A DNA stretch of 64,000 nucleotides from an uncultured virus (IMG/VR IMGVR_UViG_3300050132_000502) (Duplodnaviria; Heunggongvirae; Uroviricota; Caudoviricetes): IMG/VR virus record IMGVR_UViG_3300050132_000502. One strand, 5' to 3'. Shown piece by piece: positions 56,912 to 64,000 of this stretch (its first letter is position 1; each line of letters opens with the position of its first letter). A program made the translations under genes and the position numbers. A model generated the notes under the pieces. That model saw only the letters and a program-made list of their open reading frames with translations. It had not been told where the DNA came from and made no database searches.

Positions 56912-57313
56912 TCACAGTTTCCCGCGTTGACCTTTCCAATCCATCACCTTGACAGTGTTGATGACCTCATCAACGAAGTGGGTGCCACGCGTCTCGGGCT
57001 TGTCGCGAAGTTTCTCCAAGAGCGCCACGATGACTGCGCTGTCGTCGCCGTCAATGAGCAGTTGTGTCAGCGCGGCAATCTCCATGCACTCTTCGGCGGT
57101 TGGCCTGGTCGTGACGAATCCGTTGCCACTACGCAATTGCCACCGCTCAACCGGATCACCGGCTTTGACTTTCGGATAGGTCGGAGAGAAGAGTTCGAGG
57201 AATGTGGCTTCGAGTGGGCACGGGATGACTACCCACTTCGGGTCCTCCCACGTGATGAAGCCGCGCTCGTGGTTGTAGTCGTCCGTGGGTTTGGTCCATA
57301 CAAGATCAGTCAT
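56912..57313 (-). CDS. Hypothetical protein
   Basis: ORF directly after motif B. Confidence 0.55.
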   Translation of the reverse strand: MTDLVWTKPTDDYNHERGFITWEDPKWVVIPCPLEATFLELFSPTYPKVKAGDPVERWQLRSGNGFVTTRPTAEECMEIAALTQLLIDGDDSAVIVALLEKLRDKPETRGTHFVDEVINTVKVMDWKGQRGKL

Positions 57314-57322
57314 AGTGAATCT

Positions 57323-57505
57323 CTAGCCCCACTTCTGTAAATGTGACTCGTACACGTCGTCGATCTCTTTGGCGAGCGACTTCGCTTCATCCACAGAGCC
57401 GCAAGCAAATGAGCCTCGGTAGTCGAGTTCGGCTGTTCCCTGCGGGCGCTCCTCGATGCGCCACTTGTTGCTGATCCACAACTTCCCCATCTTGATCCAC
57501 TTCAT
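57323..57505 (-). CDS. Hypothetical protein
   Basis: MKWIKMGK start with ATGA overlap. Confidence 0.5.
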   Translation of the reverse strand: MKWIKMGKLWISNKWRIEERPQGTAELDYRGSFACGSVDEAKSLAKEIDDVYESHLQKWG

Positions 57506-58005
57506 GGTCGCCAGATTTCCAATGGCGTCTCCGTCTTCAAGTAGAGAGGGTGGCACGGGTGATTGTGCTTCGTCGTGCCGAGACACCGAACTGTAGAACC
57601 AGGCTGTGACGCGTGAGCCTCAATCAATGCTTTCGCTCTTGATGGAACGATCCCCGAAATCACCGCGCCTGCTCCCCACGCCGCGACCAGCGCACCCGAG
57701 TCCACCATCTCAGACACGTACCGAAGGTTCTCAGGCCCCTCGGCGTCGTAGGAGACCACTAGGTCACTCGGATACCGACTACGCAAGGCGTAGAGGTTCG
57801 TCACGGTGATGCCACCGAAGCCTTCACGCTCGGCGAACTTCATGCACCGTCTGATCGTGTTGTCGTCGGTATTCGCATCCGCTGTTGAAGGGTTGAGCAT
57901 GACGAAGTTCAATGACGCTTCACTTCGTGACCACGTACGCCATAGGAGGTAGCGATAAATGGTGTTGCTCGATATCTCCGCGCCGGAATCAATGATCTGC
58001 GTCAT
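57502..58005 (-). CDS. DUF1643-family protein
   Basis: YRYLLWRTW; FVMLNPSTAD..DD.TIRRC; AAWG; HPLY. Confidence 0.85.
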   Translation of the reverse strand: MTQIIDSGAEISSNTIYRYLLWRTWSRSEASLNFVMLNPSTADANTDDNTIRRCMKFAEREGFGGITVTNLYALRSRYPSDLVVSYDAEGPENLRYVSEMVDSGALVAAWGAGAVISGIVPSRAKALIEAHASQPGSTVRCLGTTKHNHPCHPLYLKTETPLEIWRP

Positions 58006-61000
58006 GACAACCTTCGCGGGTGTGCTTGATGTGATCGTAGGCAAGCACGTATCCCACTCTCGGGTGCAGTCGCTTTTCTCCGCACGCGCAGTAGCCCTCA
58101 ACCGGTTTCTTGTCATTGGTCAGGAAAGGATCGTCGAGATCGATATCGTCGATGCTCTCATCGGGACCGACCCCGAAAGCATCGAGCAAGATGTTGATGG
58201 AACGTTGGACGCCACGTTTCTCGCTCGTCAGTTCCGCCTCGTCGAGTGGAGCAACCACGAGTTTGTTGATCTCCATCTGGAGACGGTCGCGTTCGTTGCG
58301 CATATCGGTGAGTGCTTGAGTGAATGAGTCAGGCACAAATCTCCCTGGAGTGCTCGTTGCTGTACCCGTACGCCTGACAGATGCGACAGAACCCGTACTG
58401 GCCGCGAGACGGCTCCTCGACGTTGTCGCTCTCATCCTCGGTGTCGTGCTCGGGGCCGGATGTGATCCCCATGTAGAGCCCCTCCGAGTCGAAGTCGGGA
58501 AGCGAGGTTCCCACCGGTTCGCACTCCGAGGTTCCGTCATCATCGTGGACCCACTCGACGCCGATCACCGAACCGAAGTCACCAGGTTCTTCAATAGAGA
58601 CGAGTTCGCGCTTGCACTCAGGACAGTTTCTTGCCACTGTCAGCCTTCCTCTTCCTCTTTGACTTGGGTACGTCGATGACCTCAACAGAGAAGCGAAGTC
58701 TCGCACCCTCCGGTGCATTACGAATCGCACTCTCAATCCACTCGGTCAGATTTTCATTGCGGCTGTAGAAAATGCTCTTAGGCGGGTCAATGAGGTCGAT
58801 GCGGTGAGCAAAGACGTGAGGGCCATCACAGCAAATGCAGGGTGACCCGTCATTCCTCTTGCTTCGTAGCCAACTGGTGATCCCCTCGATGACCACGGTG
58901 CTCTCTTTGCGATGGGCTTCGCTATGGATTTGATCGAGTCCTTCTCGGTCGGACTTCCACAATGCCTTGGTCTCCTCAACGTCGTGATACGCCACGAGGT
59001 GATTCAGTTCATCAACTAATGACGTGAACTCCTCAGGTAAATATGTTGTGCTCTCGCTCATGATTTCTCTCCTTGTGCGGCGAGAAGTGCGTCACGCAGA
59101 TCGTTGACGTCGAGATAGGTGAACCACTCATTTTCACCGGAGACTCTCTTCACTGGGAGTTTCGCAATCATCGCGTCAATCGACTCTTTTGTCGGTCGCG
59201 CCTCTTCGAGTGGAACGGACTTCAAGATGAGGGTCGATGCCTCAGCGTCAGTAAGCGCCACGACCGGAAACGACGGCTCATCGCTCTCTCCATCGTCATC
59301 TCCGTAAACCTTGAACGCCAGAGCCCGCAACGACTCAATCACGTCATTGCGTGACACCGGCCCTAGAGCGTCGTTCAGTTCCCTGATTTCGGCGTCCGTC
59401 GCGTTCAGCGGTACAGAGCCGACAGGCTCGTCTAAGGGCGGTGTCCAGCCTTGGCTGATGAGGTAGGGAACCAGATCGTCCGTTACATCGTGCTTGGTGT
59501 TCGAACTAATGATTCCGTTGTCGAGTTGCGTGTAGTCGGTGATGACAACCCAGTGACCGCTCAGAGCGCCTCGACGAACAAGAATTGGCTTCTTCCGCTT
59601 GCACTTGTACTCGTTGCAACAATCGCTCATTCTCGGTTTCCTTCCGTTTGGGTACTGGGGTGATCCGTCGCGAACGTCGAAGTTTCAATAGGTGCGTTAG
59701 GCCAGTTGCACACACGGCACTTGTCCTTAGGGTGCATGTCGGCCTCGCAACGCGGGCACACAACATCTTGGCTACAGGCCATCGACTTGTCTTGCTCGTG
59801 AATCCACTCAGCGCCTATCAAGTAGCCCTTTTCGTAATCCTCACGCCAGTACACGGCACGACCACAGACAGGGCATCGAGGATAGATCGGCCCAGTCTTC
59901 TTTTTCTCGGACGTCGGCGGGTGCTCCGTCGCGATCCCGAGTTGTTCAGCGATCTCTTGGCCGTGAAGTATCTCGGCTTCGGTCGGCGGTGAGAAGTCCA
60001 GTGTTTCGAGATGCACGTTGTCATCAATGATCGCCAACACACCGTCCACCGCAAATCCGTTGCCGAAACGGTTGTCGGCATTTTTCACATTGGTGACGAA
60101 CGCTTTGATTCTCGCGAGAAGATTTTCGAGTTCAGCGATGTATCTGATCTGATGTTGGCATAGTTCGCTCTCGCACTCGTAGCAATCTCTCATAAGTCCC
60201 TCGAATGATCGCGTCCGTCACGAGGAGGCCCGATGTAAATTGCTCTATTGCGCCACAAGCGTGAGACTCGAAATGTCTCGCCGTCCAGAGTGAACACCTG
60301 TCCTCGACGCGGCGCGTCCTTGACGTTCACGATGTTGAGTTTCCTGATTTCTTTTTTCATGATCGCCGCTCTTTCAATCGCTCAGTCTCGAAGGACTCCA
60401 GAATTTCGCGACATCGAGTAATTGCCTTCGACGTCTCAACCTCGGCGGCGAGCGTGTTGTTGTCTCGAATGATGAGTGGAAACAATTGTGCAATCTCCGC
60501 GAGTTTGGCACGAAGGGCTTCAATAATTTCTTTCGGTGTTTCAAACACGAATCCACACTCAGCGCAACGGTCATCGCGAAACCCCAACCTGTGTTTGTGT
60601 TCGTCGTCGTCGTAACCAGGAGGCACGAAATTCATATCGTCGCTCATGATTCTTCCTTCTTCACGGTCTTGTCGGCTAGATCGCAAATCGCTTGAGCGAG
60701 TTGGCGAGCCTTCTCCGGTGTGTCAATGCCGCGAACGAGAAGGTTGACCGACAGCGAGATGCCATCGTGTCGCCTATCAATGACGTAAGGCACCGTTCTT
60801 TGGGGAGCCCGATGAGTGCTCGTCTCCGAATATGTCTCTCCTCGGGCACTCTCTTTGCTCCACTCAATTTCGCCGTTCATCACAACTCCTGCGTTTTCCA
60901 TTCGCCAGAGTTGATGAGTTCGATGATGAGGTCGAATGTAGATTCGATATTCGCTCCGGTCACAACATGAAGATTCTCGTGCGACTCTTTGAGGTCGGAC

Positions 61001-61625
61001 AGGTAATTTTCGAGGAATGCCGCGATCTTTTCGCCGTCGTTAAGTGATGACGGAATGTGCAATTCGATAACGTCCATCACGGCAATTTTGATCTTCAAAA
61101 GATCATTGATGGGTAAGGACACCGAGTCGTCGATGGCTCGAACTATCTCCGACTCCTCGATGGGGCCGAACTTCAATTCGGGGACTGCGTCAGACTTGTT
61201 GAGGATGGTCACGAGTGGACGATTATCCGTGATTGGAACACTCGTCTTGAACACCCATGCTCGCGCTTCTGCAACTATTGCCCGTAGTTTCTGTTCGCCG
61301 TTCATCGCTTCACCTATACGCGAAGCGAATGTTCAAATGAACGAAAGTCACGAAAGGCGATCTCGACGTCTTGCACCGTGACGTCATTGACCTCACAATA
61401 AAGTTTGAAGAGGGCGAAGTCGAAGTCCTTCTCTTGGAAGACGGTCGGGAACAACGTGGCGTCAGCGGGTGCGGCACCAAGAACTTCAAGTGCCCACACG
61501 TACGCGTTCTTCTGACAGTCCATCGCAAAACGAATATCAACCTCGGTCTCGATTTCGATGCCAGCGGTCAGTAGTCGAACCTGTTGCTTGATGGCGTTGA
61601 TCCCAAATGATGTGTGTTCGCACAT
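57989..61625 (-). other. Run of ~10 small coupled phage-like hypothetical genes: 57989-58336, 58329-58637, 58618-59061, 59058-59630, 59627-60193, 60190-60360, 60357-60647, 60644-60880, 60880-61305, 61314-61625
   Basis: Overlapping stop/start codons; many CxxC motifs; no recognisable family. Confidence 0.6.
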
Positions 61626-61699
61626 GGTGACTCCTTTGACTACCTACTAGCCCCAACGATACGAGGGTGTCTCAACCCATAGGGTGACCGGCTTTGGGG

Positions 61700-62668
61700 C
61701 TACTGATCCAATTGCTTGGCGAGCACCGAGCACTGATGGTTGGTGATGCCGTAGACATCTGACGTGGTGCTGATTCTCAGGCACGTAAAGGCCGCTTTGC
61801 CGCGATACGCGGTGACAACACGAACGGTGTAGTAGTCATTCAATGACGTGCTGAGAGGTTGATACTCGTGCCAGGTGACGCTGTAGAAACCGAACACGTG
61901 AGTTGGGGCGACAAGAGCACACGATTCGGTCCCCTTGGGGAAGTCACAAGTGATGTCGGCAACGTACTTCGTCGCGTCCATCGCTTCGGCTTGCGTCGTC
62001 GGAGCCACTTTGCTCCAAGGAAGGCGGAGGCTGTTTGGCGAGAAAATGAAGAAAGCACCCGCCGCAATGACTACGACCAAGAACAGAAGCAAGAGCAATC
62101 CCACTCGCACCCTGCTCCGACGTAATCGGTCCTTGTGTTTCACGACCTTTTTGCTTGATCGTTTCTTCGTTTTCGGGGGTCTACTTCCTGCCGCCGACGC
62201 TGGTTGATGACGTGCGCTCATAGTCGCTGGAGGAGGACTTGCTTCTGGCGGTTCGTCCACGCTTGACGCAGGAGGTAGTTCAATGCACTCGCGCTCCGAA
62301 GCGAGACTCTCGGCCTCCGATGAGTGCTCGCCGATCTGGAGAGAACGAGACACCCGCTCAACTGCGCGAGTCAACGTATCACGCTCTGATGAGAGAGTCT
62401 CGACCTCCGAACGAAGGGCTTCGCGGTCGCTCTCTATTGCGCGTGCCAACACATCTCGATCTAATGTCAGTGCCTCAACTTCCGAACGAAGGGCTTCTTG
62501 TTCGCTCTCAATCGTTTGCGTCAAGGCATCTCGCTCCGAGATGAGTGTTTCGACTTCCAAGCGAAGGGACTTGAGTTCGTCGTCAACCTGACCAAACAAT
62601 CGATCCACGCTTGACGTGAACTCTCGTTGCGCGAGTTGCGCTGGTGTTGGTGACTCTCGCTCGCTCAT
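61700..62668 (-). CDS. Coiled-coil repeat membrane protein
   Basis: LRSEVE.L..ERD repeats, Pro-rich linker, TM, C-terminal domain with Cys pairs. Confidence 0.7.
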   Translation of the reverse strand: MSERESPTPAQLAQREFTSSVDRLFGQVDDELKSLRLEVETLISERDALTQTIESEQEALRSEVEALTLDRDVLARAIESDREALRSEVETLSSERDTLTRAVERVSRSLQIGEHSSEAESLASERECIELPPASSVDEPPEASPPPATMSARHQPASAAGSRPPKTKKRSSKKVVKHKDRLRRSRVRVGLLLLLFLVVVIAAGAFFIFSPNSLRLPWSKVAPTTQAEAMDATKYVADITCDFPKGTESCALVAPTHVFGFYSVTWHEYQPLSTSLNDYYTVRVVTAYRGKAAFTCLRISTTSDVYGITNHQCSVLAKQLDQ

Positions 62669-62670
62669 GT

Positions 62671-63072
62671 TCAATTCCCTTCTGACGGGGGAGGTGTGAT
62701 TGAAATGCCAACACCCTTGAGAGACGTCGCAATGCCATCGATTGTTTGAGCCAATGCATTGCGCTCTGACGTGAGCACCTCTACTTCGGAACGAAGGGCG
62801 CTCAGTTCACGGTCGCCCGTCTGCGCCAACGTATTACGTTCGGCGGTGAGTACCTCGATATCGGAACGAAGGGCGCTGAGTTCGCGCTCGCTTGTTTGAG
62901 CCAACGTATTGCGTTCGGCGGTGAGTGTCTCGATCTCCGAACGAAGGGTACTAAGTTCGCGATCAACCTCGGCGAAGAAGCGATTCATACCGAGATTTAT
63001 GTCGTCCATAAATGCTTGGTGAGAAGGTTTCACATCGGTCGATGTCTCAATTGGTGTGTCGTGTTCGCTCAT
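62671..63072 (-). CDS. Coiled-coil repeat protein paralogous to the N-terminus of the downstream gene
   Basis: RELSxLRSE/DIExLTAERNTLAQT x3; AAAGGA RBS. Confidence 0.7.
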   Translation of the reverse strand: MSEHDTPIETSTDVKPSHQAFMDDINLGMNRFFAEVDRELSTLRSEIETLTAERNTLAQTSERELSALRSDIEVLTAERNTLAQTGDRELSALRSEVEVLTSERNALAQTIDGIATSLKGVGISITPPPSEGN

Positions 63073-63136
63073 GTTGTTCCTTTCAGAGATCAGTTGATTA
63101 TTCTCTAGCCCCACCACTAATGGTCCGGCCCCGTGC

Positions 63137-63979
63137 TCATCTTTTGTTGTACGTCCGCTTATGACACTGTGGACACCTGTAACCGTGCGTACGAGCACGG
63201 ATACTGACGTTCCACGTGTGGTCTTTACTGCAACGCCACTTCATGATCTTGTTCGAGGTTGGTCGCACGGTTGAGGGGTCCCAACCGTCGGCTTCTTTGG
63301 CGATCTCTGGATAGAAGAAGGCAAGGTCATTGAATCCGGCAAGGATTTTCGTGTTCGAGCAGTAGGGACAACCCGCACCTCTATCACGTTGGGTGACTTG
63401 TGACTCCCACACGTGTCCCTTGTCGCACCGCCACGACATTCTTTTGTTGCTCCCATACACGAGCGTTGAGGGGTCCCATCCGTAGGCTTCCCTGGCAAGG
63501 TCGGGATGAACGGAGGCAAAGTCATTGAACCCGACCAGCAGTTTGCGATTAGCACAGTACGGACATTCGTGTCCTCGTGTGCGATGACACAGTTGGGTAG
63601 TCCAGATGTGGCCCTTACGACACTTCCACTCGAAGTATCTCGTGGACCCTCGACTGACTTTGGTCGGGTCCCATCCGTGGGCTTCCTTGGCGAGTGCAGG
63701 ATGAACGAAAGCAAGAGAGTTGATCTCTCGTGCTTTTTGAATTGCCTTACGTTGAGCCGGGGTTTTCTCCTTGACGATCTTGCCGTCCTTACAGCGAGGA
63801 CAGCGTCCGAGTCCACGCGAACGATTGACTGGTGACGCCTTCCAGACGTGACCCTTTGCGCACTTCCATTCGTAGTTTTTGCTCGATCCATGACTAACCA
63901 TGTCCGAGTCCCACCCGTGGGCTTCCTTCGCGAGTTCGGGGTAGATGGCGGCGACCGACTTCGCTCGCTTTGCGGCCAT
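63137..63979 (-). CDS. Treble-clef zinc-ribbon repeat protein (DUF4379-like)
   Basis: Four repeats of PELAKE..GW....GS.....W.C.KGH.W......R....CP.C. Confidence 0.8.
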   Translation of the reverse strand: MAAKRAKSVAAIYPELAKEAHGWDSDMVSHGSSKNYEWKCAKGHVWKASPVNRSRGLGRCPRCKDGKIVKEKTPAQRKAIQKAREINSLAFVHPALAKEAHGWDPTKVSRGSTRYFEWKCRKGHIWTTQLCHRTRGHECPYCANRKLLVGFNDFASVHPDLAREAYGWDPSTLVYGSNKRMSWRCDKGHVWESQVTQRDRGAGCPYCSNTKILAGFNDLAFFYPEIAKEADGWDPSTVRPTSNKIMKWRCSKDHTWNVSIRARTHGYRCPQCHKRTYNKR

Positions 63980-64000
63980 AATTTTCCCAAACTCTGCGAA

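Larger units (their letters stand above)
51547..63112 (-). promoter_or_regulatory. Motif B (GGGGCTAG), 6 minus-strand copies at 51547, 53978, 55925, 57323, 61647, 63105
   Basis: ctagcccc on + strand, each 9-36 nt upstream of a minus-strand start. Confidence 0.65.

Noticed and set aside
1..64000. tRNA, rRNA, transposase or virion structural genes
   Set aside because: None recognised by eye; divergent ones could be missed without searches.

Overview
64-kb segment of a large, GC-rich mobile element, probably a conjugative megaplasmid or phage-plasmid of an actinobacterium. No rRNA, tRNA, housekeeping operon or recognisable virion gene is visible. Genes run mostly on + from 1 to 30.75 kb and mostly on - from 30.8 to 64 kb. 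It has a DNA-metabolism set: SNF2 helicase, ThyX, a Holliday-junction-resolvase-like nuclease, DnaE, a 3'-5' exonuclease, and an SF1 helicase with an Ala1 (class 3-type) intein. It also has a Gram-positive-type conjugation cluster (VirB4-like ATPase, TcpC-like protein, Rpf+NlpC/P60 hydrolase, VirB6-like and small membrane proteins) and a MoxR/vWA pair. The outstanding feature is an 18-kb tandem array (3710-21876) of 28 consecutive genes, plus 3 more in or next to the conjugation cluster. All 31 start with the same ~25-aa peptide (consensus MTNRQPKGTPVGGQFAEGRKPEGGDL) fused to mostly unrelated cargo domains. The leader is conserved as peptide, with synonymous codon variation. A 13-copy promoter-like motif (GCACCCATA) drives both the array and the conjugation operon. 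A different 8-copy motif (GGGGCTAG) precedes the other genes. I infer a peptide-tag-based effector delivery or packaging system. Domain calls come from reading motifs by eye; no database searches were run.
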